A stretch of 64,000 bases of DNA from an uncultured Acidobacteriota bacterium (GCA_963822445.1 CAWGHO010000002.1:704001-768000); one strand, 5' to 3'; shown: positions 40,983 through 51,216, counted from the stretch's first letter. Numbers and translations are program-made. Notes: generated by a model from the sequence alone, not told the origin.

Positions 40983-41823
40983 GTTCGGCCACCACATCCG
41001 CCATGTACGAACTGCGCACGAACGGCCCGGAGAAGACGGCGCGGAAACCGAGCTCCTCGCCGATCGCGCGGTACTCCTCGAACACGGTCGGATGGACGTA
41101 CTCGACGACGTCGAGTTTCTCCCGCTTCGGCTGGAGGTACTGGCCGATGGTCACGATCTCGACCTGCGAATCGAGCAGCCGCTTGAGCACATCGATGACT
41201 TCGTCGCGGCGCTCGCCGAGGCCGAGCATGAGGCCGGACTTGGTCGTGACCGGGTACGTCTTCGCTTCGCGGAGCACGGTGAGCGACTGAGTGAAACGAG
41301 CGCCGGGCCGCACGTAGTCGTAAAGCCGCGGCACGGTCTCGACGTTGTGATTGAAGTAGTCGGGCAGAGCCGCGGCGACGGTTCGCACGGACTCGAGATT
41401 TCCACGAAAGTCGGGAGTCAGCACTTCCACCGCTGACTCGGGCAGCGCCGCGCGAATCTCCCGGATCGTCTCCGCGAACTGCTCCGCCCCGCCGTCCGGC
41501 AGATCGTCGCGCGTCACCGAGGTCACCACGACATGTTTGAGGCCGAGGCGTTTCGCGGTCGCGGCCACATCCCGTGGCTCATCGATCGACGGCGGCGCGT
41601 ACGGCCGGCCGGTGGTGACGTTGCAGAACCCGCAGGAGCGCGTGCAGACATCGCCGAGGATCATGAAGGTGGCCGTGCCGCGGGAGAAGCATTCGGTGCG
41701 GTTCGGACACGCCAGCGACTCGCACACCGAGTGCAGGTTCTTCTCGCGCAGAAGCGTCTTCACCTCGCGCAGCGAAGCGAGGTTGAGTTTCTTCTCGCGG
41801 ATCCAGTCGGGAAGGCGTTGCAT
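40954..41823 (-). CDS. lipA: Lipoyl synthase
   Basis: CX4CX5C plus CX3CX2C, RSSY. Confidence 0.97.
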   Translation of the reverse strand: MQRLPDWIREKKLNLASLREVKTLLREKNLHSVCESLACPNRTECFSRGTATFMILGDVCTRSCGFCNVTTGRPYAPPSIDEPRDVAATAKRLGLKHVVVTSVTRDDLPDGGAEQFAETIREIRAALPESAVEVLTPDFRGNLESVRTVAAALPDYFNHNVETVPRLYDYVRPGARFTQSLTVLREAKTYPVTTKSGLMLGLGERRDEVIDVLKRLLDSQVEIVTIGQYLQPKREKLDVVEYVHPTVFEEYRAIGEELGFRAVFSGPFVRSSYMADVVAEHAQTASDRS

Positions 41824-41824
41824 G

Positions 41825-41905
41825 GAATGCAGAATTCAGAATGCAGAATGCAGAAAAAGCGAATCGCTTCTGCATTCTGCATTCTGCATTCTGCATTCTG
41901 CATTC
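41825..41905. repeat. Inverted array of 7-bp repeats (ATGCAGA)
   Basis: (AATGCAG)n-spacer-(CTGCATT)n. Confidence 0.9.
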
Positions 41906-41911
41906 GCCAAC

Positions 41912-41936
41912 AAAAATGCCGCCCCGAAAGGCGGCA
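41912..41936 (-). terminator. Rho-independent terminator after carD
   Basis: TGCCGCC-loop-GGCGGCA followed by TTTTT on the minus strand. Confidence 0.75.
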
Positions 41937-41961
41937 CTCGAAGAACTTCGAAGATTGTGAG

Positions 41962-42492
41962 CTAGTGTCCGGCAGCGGCCGCGGCGGGCGCGAGCGACTT
42001 CTCCAGGCACTTGTGGATGAGCTTTTCCGCTTCCGGCTCGGGGATGTTCTTCACGATCGCGACCTCGGAGACGAGCAGGTACTTCGCGCGGTCGTACATC
42101 TTCTTCTCGCGGAACGAGAGGCTCTTCCGTTTCTGCACTTCATTGAGATTCTTGAGCACGTCCGCGACATCTTCGAGACGACCGGTCTTCATCTTCTCGA
42201 GATTCTCGCGATAACGGCCTTTCCAGTCCGTGTGGCTCTTCACCAGCTTCTGCTCGAGCAGGCTCAGGAGACCTTTGATCTCCTTCTGCTGGTACAGACG
42301 GCGAAGTCCCACGCGGTCCTGGTTCGTGATCGGCACCATCAGCCGCGAGTTATTCGCAAGAAGCCGCAGGTGGTAGTAGCTGTCTCCCGGAGGCATGATC
42401 GGCGATTCGCCGATGTGCTCGACTACGGTGACGCCATGGTTCGGATAAACGATCTTATCCCCGACCTTGAAACCTAATTTGACTGACGACAA
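41962..42492 (-). CDS. carD: CarD family RNA-polymerase-binding regulator
   Basis: FKVGDKIVYPNHG, WKGRYR, LLVSEVA; AGGAGG RBS before TTG. Confidence 0.93.
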   Translation of the reverse strand: MSSVKLGFKVGDKIVYPNHGVTVVEHIGESPIMPPGDSYYHLRLLANNSRLMVPITNQDRVGLRRLYQQKEIKGLLSLLEQKLVKSHTDWKGRYRENLEKMKTGRLEDVADVLKNLNEVQKRKSLSFREKKMYDRAKYLLVSEVAIVKNIPEPEAEKLIHKCLEKSLAPAAAAAGH

Positions 42493-42543
42493 GTGTGGCT
42501 CCTTTCGGAAACGCTTTGGGGGCTACATCAAGAAGGGACAGGC

Positions 42544-42572
42544 ATTGTACGGCAGCGTCACCGGTGCGTCAA
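42544..42572 (-). promoter_or_regulatory. sigma70 promoter of carD
   Basis: TTGACG-17 nt-TACAAT with upstream T-tracts. Confidence 0.75.
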
Positions 42573-42624
42573 ACAAAGAATGCGGAAAAACGTGAAAAAT
42601 GGCCGTAAATCGGCAAATTTCACG

Positions 42625-43527
42625 TCAACGACGCAAACGGCGGATCATCTGATGCAAACGGTCGAGCCCCTCACGCCGCTCGCTCTCGCTGCCCGTCAGC
42701 AGGTCTTCGATCACCTGCAGCTCAGTCTGCAACTCGAGCTGCGCCGCGACGTCGGTCGCAGGTGTCGCCCGCACCTCCATCGTGCTCGCCGCCGGTGTTG
42801 GTACTGCCACGATGCGCGCGCCGCCGAGGCTCGTCCGCATCCGCTGCGCCATGGCCCTCATCGACTTGATGTCGCTGTTGTCCAGCGCGCGCTGAATGGC
42901 CTTCGCGCTCGCCACCGCGTCCGCGTACGGACTGTCGGGGTTGTCGACGATCCGCGCCTGCACCAGCGTGAGGTCGACGTTTCCGTATCCCTGCTTCGGA
43001 TCCGCGGCGGCGATCACCTTCGCCGTCACCTGCCGCGCCACGCCGGGCAGATCGACCGGCCGCACCTCGCCCGGCTGAATCCACGCCTTCACTTCGACGC
43101 TCGTCAGTTGCGCCTGCGACGATCCGGCGCCGATGTACTCGACGTCGATGCGCTCGATCCAGATCGGACGATTGCGCCCGACCACCAGCCGACGCTTGGG
43201 AACGTCGACGATCACCCGATAGACGAAGCTGCCCTTCATCTCGAGCGTCTCCATCTGGTCTTTCCGCGGATTCACGGAGAAGGACTGGGTCTGCCGGCCG
43301 GCCTCGAGCCGTTCGTAGGTCGCGAATTCGTACGTGCCGTCGGCTCGCTTGCCGCGAAGCAGATCGATGTCTTCGTTGATGATCCGCTTCAGCAAGTCCA
43401 CCGGCAGATCGCGCTTGCTGGCCTCGGCCACGCGATCGATCACCAGCGCGTCATCGGCGACGCGCGCCGCCGGTGTCTGCGCGAAAGCCGTGGCCGCGAA
43501 AAGCACCGCGAATGCGAATCGCTTCAT
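42625..43527 (-). CDS. Secreted hypothetical protein
   Basis: Signal peptide MKRFAFAVLFAATAFA; ATGA overlap with the deoB stop. Confidence 0.8.
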   Translation of the reverse strand: MKRFAFAVLFAATAFAQTPAARVADDALVIDRVAEASKRDLPVDLLKRIINEDIDLLRGKRADGTYEFATYERLEAGRQTQSFSVNPRKDQMETLEMKGSFVYRVIVDVPKRRLVVGRNRPIWIERIDVEYIGAGSSQAQLTSVEVKAWIQPGEVRPVDLPGVARQVTAKVIAAADPKQGYGNVDLTLVQARIVDNPDSPYADAVASAKAIQRALDNSDIKSMRAMAQRMRTSLGGARIVAVPTPAASTMEVRATPATDVAAQLELQTELQVIEDLLTGSESERREGLDRLHQMIRRLRR

Positions 43528-44708
43528 CGCGTCACCCCCAGCTCGCCGAGGACGCTCGTCCCCGGTAAACCATCCCTCGAGAGATTCAGATATTCGGCGA
43601 CGGTCGCGCCGAGGTCGCCCATCGTCCGGCGGGTGCCCAGCGGCCTTGCGCCGCGCACGCCCGGCCCGGCAATCACCAGCGGCACGTACTCGCGGGTGTG
43701 ATCGGTGGAGACGTCGGTCGGATCGCAGCCGTGATCGGCGGTGATGAAGACCAGGTCGTTCTCGCGCAGCTCGCCGAGAAGCGTCTCCAGCTCGCCGTCG
43801 AACGTCTCCAGCGCCTTCGCGTAGCCGATCGGATCGTTGCGGTGGCCGTACTTCGAATCGAAGTCGACCAGGTTGGTGAAGATGAAGTCGGCCTGCGACT
43901 CGCGAATCAGGTCGATGGTCTTGCGCATGCCGTCGGAATTCGACTCGGTGCGAATCTCCTCGTCGATTCCGACGCGGTCGAAGATGTCGGCGATCTTGCC
44001 AAGGCCGATGACCTGCCGGCCCGCTTTGTGCGCGCGCTCGACCACGGTCTCGCCGGTCGGCCGCACGGAAAAGTCTTTGCGATTCGCGGTGCGCTTGAAC
44101 TGCCCGGAGCGCGGCCCGACGAACGGACGGGCGATGATCCGGCCGATGTTGTGCTCGCCGCGCATCAGCTCGCGCGCCGTCGCGCAGATCTGCCACAGCT
44201 CTTCGATCGGAATCACATCCTCATGCGCCGCGACCTGAAAAACGGAATCGGCGGACGTGTAGACGATCGGCGCGCCGGTGCGCATGTGCTCTTCGCCGAG
44301 CTCGTCGAGAATCACGGTGCCCGAGGCGGGCTTGTTGCCGAGGGTGCGGCGGCCGATGCGGCGCTCGTATTCAGAGATGATCTCGGGTGGAAAGCCGTTC
44401 GGATAGGTGCGGAACGGGTCCTCGACGATGAGGCCCATCATTTCCCAGTGACCGGTGGTGGTGTCCTTGCCCGCGCTGATCTCGGCCATCCGCCCGAAGC
44501 CCGCGGTGGGGTTGTCGGTGGTGGCCGGCGTGGGCAGCGTGTGCAGCAGCCCGAGGCGCGTCAGGGTGGGCAGGCTCGGGTGTTGCGAGTCGAGAACGTG
44601 ACCGAGCGTATTCGACCCCTCGTCGCCGAAATCGGCGGCATCAGGTAACTCGCCGACTCCAAGAGAGTCGCAAACGATCACAATGGCGCGTGGTTTCGTC
44701 ATCGTCAT
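43524..44708 (-). CDS. deoB: Phosphopentomutase
   Basis: DSLGVG, GKDTTTGHWE, NLVDFDSKYGHR, TADHGCDP, TDHTRE. Confidence 0.96.
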   Translation of the reverse strand: MTMTKPRAIVIVCDSLGVGELPDAADFGDEGSNTLGHVLDSQHPSLPTLTRLGLLHTLPTPATTDNPTAGFGRMAEISAGKDTTTGHWEMMGLIVEDPFRTYPNGFPPEIISEYERRIGRRTLGNKPASGTVILDELGEEHMRTGAPIVYTSADSVFQVAAHEDVIPIEELWQICATARELMRGEHNIGRIIARPFVGPRSGQFKRTANRKDFSVRPTGETVVERAHKAGRQVIGLGKIADIFDRVGIDEEIRTESNSDGMRKTIDLIRESQADFIFTNLVDFDSKYGHRNDPIGYAKALETFDGELETLLGELRENDLVFITADHGCDPTDVSTDHTREYVPLVIAGPGVRGARPLGTRRTMGDLGATVAEYLNLSRDGLPGTSVLGELGVTR

Positions 44709-44720
44709 AGGAGGCGGATT

Positions 44721-45263
44721 ATGGCCGATTGGGTTTGGAGAACCATTTCCGGGTACGCGACCCTGCCCGTCTTCGCGGGCTTCTTCGTGGTCTCGCTGAT
44801 CTTCATCTTCGTGCTCTTCCCGCTCACGAAACGGCACTACAAGGGCATCGTCACGCTCGACGGCAACCCGTGGGGCTTCTCCGTCGCGGACGCCGAGCAG
44901 CTCCTCGGGCGTGACATGACGCCGGATCAGCTTCGGGTCTATCGCAAGCAGGAGCTGGTGACGGACATGCTCTTCCCGCTGGTGTACGGGCTGGGCTTCG
45001 CCATCGCCATGGTGATGCTGGCCCGCTACGTCGGCGCGCCGCGCTGGCTGGTGTTTCTGCCGCTCCTGGCCGCGGTCGCGGACTACATCGAGAACATCTC
45101 CGTGGCAGTGATGATCGGCCGCAAGCTGAACGGACAGGACCTCGGCCCGCTGGCAACCATCGGCTCGATCGCATCCCGTTTCAAGCACGTTCTGCTCGTG
45201 GTCACCATCCTCGTTCTCCTCGGACTGTGTGCCTGGGCGCTCTGGCGCCGCTTCCTGAGATAG
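44721..45263 (+). CDS. Hypothetical membrane protein
   Basis: Four hydrophobic segments, DMLFPLVY and DYIEN motifs. Confidence 0.75.
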   Translation: MADWVWRTISGYATLPVFAGFFVVSLIFIFVLFPLTKRHYKGIVTLDGNPWGFSVADAEQLLGRDMTPDQLRVYRKQELVTDMLFPLVYGLGFAIAMVMLARYVGAPRWLVFLPLLAAVADYIENISVAVMIGRKLNGQDLGPLATIGSIASRFKHVLLVVTILVLLGLCAWALWRRFLR

Positions 45264-47096
45264 ATGAGAAAAGCCGTTCTGCTACTCACCGTTCTCTTCG
45301 TTGCCACCGTTGCGCTCGCGCAGCCGATGACGCTCGCCGTCGACGCGACCGATGCCGCGCGAGGCATCCTGCATTCGCGGATGACCATTCCCGTGACCGC
45401 CGGACCGGCGACGCTGCTGTATCCGAAGTGGATCCCCGGCGAGCACGGCCCAACCGGACCGCTCACGAATCTGGTGAACGTGCAGATCACGGCCGGCGGT
45501 CAGCGCATCGCCTGGCAGCGCGATCCGCTGGAGATGTACGCGCTTCACATCGACGTGCCCGCGGGAACCACGTCGCTCGACGTCACGGCCGACTTTCTGC
45601 TGCCCTCGAGCGGAGGGTTCACCGCCGGCCGCACGGCAACGCCGGCCCTGGGCGTGATCAGCTGGAACACCGCGCTGCTGTTTCCGAAAGGACGGCCGGC
45701 CGACGAGATCATTGTGCAGCCTTCGTTACGCGTTCCGAGCGGATGGAAGTTCGCGAGCTCGCTCGGCGTCGAGCGCACCAGCGGCGACGTCATCGAGTTC
45801 AAGCCGGTGTCGCTGACTCTGCTCGTGGACTCGCCGGTGCAGATCGGGGCGTATCAGAAAGTCGTTTCCCTGCGCGAGGCGGACGGACGCGCGCATCAGG
45901 TCGTGCTCGTTGGCGAATCGATGGAGGCGCTCGAAACTCCCAAAGACTTTGCGACGGTTGCGGACAGCCTCGTGAAGCAGGGCGGAATCATCTTCGGCGG
46001 GCGTCACTACAACTCCTACCGCTGGCTGCTCACGCTGAGCGACGGCGTGGCCCACTTCGGACTCGAGCACCATGAATCGAGCGACAACCGGCTGTCCGCG
46101 GATTCGCTGGCGACGCCGAAAGGGCATCGCGACATCTACAGCCTGCTTTCACACGAGTACGGCCACTCGTGGAACGGGAAGTACCGCCGGCCGGCGGGAT
46201 TGCTCAGCCCCGATTTCTCGACGCCGATGCAGACCGAGTTGCTGTGGGTCTACGAAGGCCTGACCGAGTACCTCGGCTACGTCCTGACCGTGCGTGCCGG
46301 CGGCTGGAAGCCCGAGGAGTTCCGCGAAGCCCTCGCTCACGCGGCCGCGAACCTGGAATCGCAGGTCGGCCGCACCTGGCGTCCGCTGATCGACACCGCT
46401 GTCCAGGCACAGGTCCTCTTCGGTGCTCCGTCGGCGTGGTGGTCGCTGCGCCGCGGCGTCGACTTCTACGGCGAATCGATCTTCATCTGGCTCGAGGCCG
46501 ACGCGATCATCCGCGACGAGAGCGGCGGGAAGCGCTCGCTCGACGATTTCCTGGCGAAGTTCTACGGCGGGATGTCCGGCCCGGCGGTGAAGCCGTACAC
46601 GTTCGACGAGCTGGTGACGGCGATCAACTCCGTGCACCCGCACGATTGGCGGACGTTTTTCAACACGCGCCTGCAATCGGTGAAGCCGGGCGCGCCGCTC
46701 GGCGGCGTAATCCGCGCCGGTTGGAGGTTCGAGCTCAACGAGACACCCAACGCCTATCGCAGCGAGGTCGAGCAGGCCGGCACCCTCAATCTGCGCAACA
46801 ACCTCGGAATGTCTCTCGGCAGGGAGGGCGTCATCTCCGACCTCGCGCCGTCAACGCCCGCGGCCAAAGCCGGACTCGCGCCCGGCTTCACGATCATCGC
46901 CGTCAACGGTGTGAAGTACTCACCGGATGTGATGCGCCGCGCGATCAAGTCGAAGCAACCGATCGAAGTGATCGCCCAGAACGGCGACTACTTCGCCGTG
47001 CACCGGATCGAGTACTCGGGCGGATTGCTGCACCCGCATCTGGTGCGGGACACGAGCAAACCGGACTTGCTATCGGCGATCCTGAAGGCGCGGTGA
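45264..47096 (+). CDS. M61 glycyl aminopeptidase family with PDZ domain
   Basis: WIPG, GLEH, HEYGHSWN, LWVYEGLTEY, C-terminal PDZ. Confidence 0.92.
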   Translation: MRKAVLLLTVLFVATVALAQPMTLAVDATDAARGILHSRMTIPVTAGPATLLYPKWIPGEHGPTGPLTNLVNVQITAGGQRIAWQRDPLEMYALHIDVPAGTTSLDVTADFLLPSSGGFTAGRTATPALGVISWNTALLFPKGRPADEIIVQPSLRVPSGWKFASSLGVERTSGDVIEFKPVSLTLLVDSPVQIGAYQKVVSLREADGRAHQVVLVGESMEALETPKDFATVADSLVKQGGIIFGGRHYNSYRWLLTLSDGVAHFGLEHHESSDNRLSADSLATPKGHRDIYSLLSHEYGHSWNGKYRRPAGLLSPDFSTPMQTELLWVYEGLTEYLGYVLTVRAGGWKPEEFREALAHAAANLESQVGRTWRPLIDTAVQAQVLFGAPSAWWSLRRGVDFYGESIFIWLEADAIIRDESGGKRSLDDFLAKFYGGMSGPAVKPYTFDELVTAINSVHPHDWRTFFNTRLQSVKPGAPLGGVIRAGWRFELNETPNAYRSEVEQAGTLNLRNNLGMSLGREGVISDLAPSTPAAKAGLAPGFTIIAVNGVKYSPDVMRRAIKSKQPIEVIAQNGDYFAVHRIEYSGGLLHPHLVRDTSKPDLLSAILKAR

Positions 47097-47185
47097 TGGA
47101 GTGCGGCGGCTCTGCCGCCGCTTTCCCATGCGCCGGAGGCGCGCTCCGCGCGTCGCCAAAGCGGCGGCAGAGCCGCCGCACTCCA
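47097..47185. repeat. 89-bp REPIN-like element (intergenic copy)
   Basis: Near-identical to the intragenic copy at 27923-28011, including the spacer. Confidence 0.9.
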
Positions 47186-47186
47186 A

Positions 47187-48500
47187 CTACGTCAAATGCT
47201 CGTGAATCAACGGCCTCGCCGCCGGCTGCTCGTCGCCGATCGTCACGAATGACATGAACCGGCTTCGCAGCTCCTCGGCGTCGCGTTTGCCTTCGCCGAG
47301 CTGAATGCGGGCGATAGCGTCGCCGGCGCGGACTTCATCGCCGGTGCGCTTGTCGAACATCACGCCGGCGGCGTAGTCGATCACGTCGTCGGCTTTCTTG
47401 CGGCCGGCGCCGAGGTCGACGGTGAACATGCCCGCGGCGTAGGTGTCCATGGCGGTGATGAAGCCGCTGCGGTCGGCTTTCACTTCGATCGTTTCCTTCG
47501 GCTGGGGAAGCAGCGAGTAATCGTCGACGATCGCGGCATCGCCGCCCTGCGCGGCGATCCACTTCCGCGTCTGCTCGAGCGCACGTCCCGAGCTCAGCGC
47601 CTCCGCAAGCGCGACGTTCGCGGACGCCGCATCGAAGCGGCCGCTCATGACCAGGATCCGCTCCGCCTGCGCGCGGGTGACTTCGAGCACATCCGCCGGC
47701 CCGTTGCCTTTCAGCACTTCGATCGTTTCCACGATCTCGTTCGCGTTCCCGGCGGCGACGCCCAGCGGGCGATCCATGTCGGTAATGAGCGCCTCGACGC
47801 GCGTGCCCGAGCCTTGCGCGGCCGCGATCAGACTCTGGGCGAGCGCTTTCGAATCCTGGTAGTGCCGCATGAACGCGCCGCTGCCGGTCTTGACATCGAG
47901 AATCAGCCCCGACGCGCCCATGGCCAGTTTCTTCGACATGATCGACGCGGTGATCAGCGGCAGCGATTCGACCGTGCCCGTCACATCGCGCAGCGCGTAG
48001 ATTTTCTTGTCCGCGGGAGCGATGCCTTCTGTCGACGTCGAGATCACGCAGCCGGCGTCGGCAACGCATTGCTCGAACTCGGCCCGCGACATCCGCGCGT
48101 TGAATCCGGGGATGGCCTCGAGCTTGTCCAGCGTGCCGCCGGTGTGTCCCAGGCCGCGGCCGGAGAGCATGCCGATCTTGATACCGCAGGCCGCGACCCA
48201 CGGCGAGAGCACGAGCGAGACCTTGTCGCCGACGCCGCCGGTGGAGTGCTTGTCGGCGAAGAAGTCGTAGCTGTCGCGCAGATGCCACTGCTCGCCGGAG
48301 CGGAGCATGGCCTGGGTCAGCGTGGCCATCTCCGCGCCGGTCATGCCGTTGATGGCGATGGCCATGAGCAGCGCGGACATCTGATAGTCGGGGATGGAGC
48401 CTTTGGTGTAGCCGTTGATGAAGAACTCGATCTCGCGCGACTCGAGCGGGTTGCCGCGACGCTTGTTGTTGAGGAGCTCGTAAACGCTGTAGTCGGCCAT
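47187..48500 (-). CDS. deoA: Thymidine/pyrimidine-nucleoside phosphorylase
   Basis: [33 protein letters not shown]. Confidence 0.93.
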   Translation of the reverse strand: MADYSVYELLNNKRRGNPLESREIEFFINGYTKGSIPDYQMSALLMAIAINGMTGAEMATLTQAMLRSGEQWHLRDSYDFFADKHSTGGVGDKVSLVLSPWVAACGIKIGMLSGRGLGHTGGTLDKLEAIPGFNARMSRAEFEQCVADAGCVISTSTEGIAPADKKIYALRDVTGTVESLPLITASIMSKKLAMGASGLILDVKTGSGAFMRHYQDSKALAQSLIAAAQGSGTRVEALITDMDRPLGVAAGNANEIVETIEVLKGNGPADVLEVTRAQAERILVMSGRFDAASANVALAEALSSGRALEQTRKWIAAQGGDAAIVDDYSLLPQPKETIEVKADRSGFITAMDTYAAGMFTVDLGAGRKKADDVIDYAAGVMFDKRTGDEVRAGDAIARIQLGEGKRDAEELRSRFMSFVTIGDEQPAARPLIHEHLT

Positions 48501-48524
48501 GGGCCGGTTAGCATAGCCGACCAG

Positions 48525-49229
48525 ATGAAAGCAGTCGTCCTCCTGTCCGGCGGCCTGGACTCGGCGACCGTCCTGGCGATCGCCCGCGACCAGGGCCGCG
48601 AGTGCCTGGCCCTGTCGATCGTGTACGGCCAGCGCCATCACGTCGAGCTCGCCGCGGCGAAGCGCGTCGCCTCAGCGATCGGCGTCAGCGAGCATGTCGT
48701 CCACGCGCTCGATCTCCGCGTCTTCGGAGGGAGCGCTCTCACCGGCGACGTCGATGTTCCCAAGGACGCCGTCGGCGCCCCCGGCATCCCCGTGACCTAC
48801 GTCCCCGCCCGGAACACGATCTTCCTGGCCCTGGCCCTCGGATACGCCGAAGCGCGCGACGCCAACGAGATCTGGATCGGCGTGAACGCCCTCGACTACA
48901 GCGGCTACCCCGACTGCCGCCCCGACTTCATCGACGCGTTCCAGGAAGTGATCTGGAAAGGAACGCGCAGCGGCGTCGAGCACCGCGAACCGCGCCTCGT
49001 CGCCCCGCTCCTGCACATGACCAAAGCGGACATCATCCGCCGCGGCCTCGAGCTCGGCGTCGACTACGGAATCACCCACTCCTGCTACGACCCGACCGCC
49101 GACGGGCGGGCGTGCGGGCATTGCGATTCGTGCCTGCTTCGGAGGAAGGGGTTCGAGGAGGCGGGGGTTGAGGACCCCGCGCAGAGCCTCAGAGTCTCAG
49201 AGTCTCAAAGTCTCAGAGAAGAGACGTAA
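48525..49229 (+). CDS. queC: 7-cyano-7-deazaguanine synthase
   Basis: SGGLDS, YVPARN, YPDCR, CxxCxxC; last residues come from the repeat. Confidence 0.96.
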   Translation: MKAVVLLSGGLDSATVLAIARDQGRECLALSIVYGQRHHVELAAAKRVASAIGVSEHVVHALDLRVFGGSALTGDVDVPKDAVGAPGIPVTYVPARNTIFLALALGYAEARDANEIWIGVNALDYSGYPDCRPDFIDAFQEVIWKGTRSGVEHREPRLVAPLLHMTKADIIRRGLELGVDYGITHSCYDPTADGRACGHCDSCLLRRKGFEEAGVEDPAQSLRVSESQSLREET

Positions 49230-49284
49230 TGCTGAAGATGATGGCGTCTACTTTGCGACTTTGAGACTCTGCGACTCTGAGACT
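49181..49284. repeat. Inverted array of 8-bp repeats (AGTCTCAR)
   Basis: (CAGAGTCT)n-spacer-(AGACTCTG)n; the left arm lies inside queC. Confidence 0.88.
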
Positions 49285-49291
49285 TCTTCCC

Positions 49292-49924
49292 ATGCGCATC
49301 ACCGAAATCTTCCATTCCATCCAGGGCGAATCCACCCACGCCGGCCGCCCCTGCGTGTTCGTGCGCCTGACCGGGTGCAATCTGCGCTGCGTGTGGTGCG
49401 ACTCCGAATACACCTTCACCGGTGGGGAGCGGATGTCGATCGATGAGGTGATGGCGCGGGTGGAGAGCTATGGGTGCAAGCTCGTCGAGATCACCGGCGG
49501 GGAGCCGCTCGCGCAGGCCGAGTCCTTCGATCTGATCAAGCGCCTTTGCGACGACGGATTCGAAGTTCTCATCGAGACCTCGGGGTCCATCGACGTCTCG
49601 CCGGTCGATCCGCGGGCGAAGATCATCCTCGACGTCAAATGCCCTGGCTCGGGTGAGGTGGAAAAAAACAGGTGGGAGAACCTCGACATCCTCCGCCCGC
49701 GTGACGAGATCAAGTTCGTCATCGCCGATCGTGCGGATTACGAGTGGGCGAAACAGGTGATCGAGGAACGCAAGCTCGATCGCTGGACGGTCCTCCTCTC
49801 GCCGGTTTGGGACAGAATGAGCATGAAGTCGCTGGCGGAGTGGATGCTCGCCGACCGCCTGCCGGCGCGGTTTCAGACGCAATTGCACAAGCACATCTGG
49901 GGAGCGGACGTACACGGCGTATGA
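49292..49924 (+). CDS. queE: 7-carboxy-7-deazaguanine synthase (radical SAM)
   Basis: EIFHSIQGE, CNLRCVWCD, TGGEP, QLHK. Confidence 0.95.
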   Translation: MRITEIFHSIQGESTHAGRPCVFVRLTGCNLRCVWCDSEYTFTGGERMSIDEVMARVESYGCKLVEITGGEPLAQAESFDLIKRLCDDGFEVLIETSGSIDVSPVDPRAKIILDVKCPGSGEVEKNRWENLDILRPRDEIKFVIADRADYEWAKQVIEERKLDRWTVLLSPVWDRMSMKSLAEWMLADRLPARFQTQLHKHIWGADVHGV

Positions 49925-50317
49925 CGAGAACTCGACCACATCGGAATCGCGGTCCGCTCGATCGAATCCGCGAAGATCTACGAAGCCCTCGGACTGACCA
50001 TCGATCACGTCGAGACCGTCGAGTCGCAGGGCGTAAAGACGGCCTTTCTCTCGGTCGGCGATTCGAATCTCGAGCTGCTCGAGCCCACCGGTCCCGAGTC
50101 GACCATCGCGAAATTCATCGAGAAGCGCGGCGAGGGCATCCATCACATCTGCCTTCGCGTCGACGACATCGAGGCCCATCTGGAGCGGCTCAAGGCGCAG
50201 GGCTTCCGGCTGATCAACGAGCATCCCGTCCCCGGCGCGCATGGCTGCCGCGTCGCCTTCCTCCATCCCGCGGCCGGCAACGGCGTGCTGATTGAATTGA
50301 GTGAAAAACAGGAATGA
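49921..50317 (+). CDS. mce: Methylmalonyl-CoA epimerase, +1 frameshift in the first codons (absent from the ORF track)
   Basis: From 49931: LDHIGIAVRSIE...LELLEP...KRGEGIHHICLRVDDI...AFLHP..GNGVLIEL; ATG 49921 (ATGA overlap) is one base out of frame. Confidence 0.9.
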
Positions 50318-50655
50318 TCGAAGGCTTCGACACCTCGTCGCTGATCATCGTGAATCTGGTCAATCCGAAGGAGAAATTCTTCGGCGTCCTGCGATCGCTC
50401 TCCGCGGCCGGCGTGACCATGCGGGCCATCAATCTCGACTCGTTCGAGGACTGGATCCGCCAGCTCGCGCACGAGGACGAAGCGGACATCGACATGTTCA
50501 CGATGTTCGTTCCGCTGTTCCGGGTGGAGCGGATTTTCCTCGACGAGCCCGCCGGCGCGATCAAGTCCTTTTCCCAGCGGTTCGAGGACGTGGTCGGGCG
50601 CAGCATCCGGGACTATCTCGGCCTTCCCAACGAAGAAAACGCTCCCTCCGTATAA
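50314..50655 (+). CDS. Hypothetical protein (possible Sm/Hfq-like fold)
   Basis: Coupled ATGA start; typical codon usage. Confidence 0.8.
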   Translation: MIEGFDTSSLIIVNLVNPKEKFFGVLRSLSAAGVTMRAINLDSFEDWIRQLAHEDEADIDMFTMFVPLFRVERIFLDEPAGAIKSFSQRFEDVVGRSIRDYLGLPNEENAPSV

Positions 50656-50664
50656 TCCCGCGCC

Positions 50665-51216
50665 GTGAAACACCTCAGACTCTCCCGAATCGCGCTCCTT
50701 CTTCTCGCCGCTCTTCTATTCGCCGTCTGTATCGCTGCCTGCAAAGGCGATGAAGAGGAGTACGCCGAGCCCGAGGCGTTCAGCTTCGTGATTTATCCCG
50801 GCTCGCGGTACCTCGGACAGCTCACCGAGAAAACCAAGCAGGCCCACAAAATCGGCAATCCCAACGTCGAGCCGCCTCCCACCGCGGTTTACGACGCCGA
50901 CGCAACCGTCGAGGAAGTAGCCGAGTACTACGCGAAACAGTACGGGTATGCCGAGGTGGCGGCGGAAGCTGGGAGCGGCGCGGCGAAACCGCGCGCTTAC
51001 TACCGGAGCGGCGATCTCGCCGCGGACAACAAGCCCCTCGCGCCGCTCCTGCCGCAGCTCCAGCTGCAGACCGACCTCACCAAAGCCGTCGGCAGCTACA
51101 AAGGCGCGTACGTTTCGCCTCGTCCCAACCGCCCGCAGGTGACCATCCAGCGGCCGTACTTCGACGTCACGACGTCGAAGGTCGTGGACCGCACCATGAT
51201 CCTGATGTCGCGGTGA
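50665..51216 (+). CDS. Hypothetical lipoprotein
   Basis: Signal peptide with IAAC lipobox; TATAAT 8 nt upstream. Confidence 0.78.
   Translation: MKHLRLSRIALLLLAALLFAVCIAACKGDEEEYAEPEAFSFVIYPGSRYLGQLTEKTKQAHKIGNPNVEPPPTAVYDADATVEEVAEYYAKQYGYAEVAAEAGSGAAKPRAYYRSGDLAADNKPLAPLLPQLQLQTDLTKAVGSYKGAYVSPRPNRPQVTIQRPYFDVTTSKVVDRTMILMSR

Noticed and set aside
49922-49924. Selenocysteine read-through fusing QueE to Mce
   Set aside because: The TGA is at the normal QueE end, not at a Cys-equivalent position, and an overlapping ATG plus a 1-nt indel is simpler
48525-49924. queC/queE as a Dpd or QatABCD-type defence module
   Set aside because: Canonical-length queC-queE in a housekeeping context with no dpdA, TatD or ATPase partners
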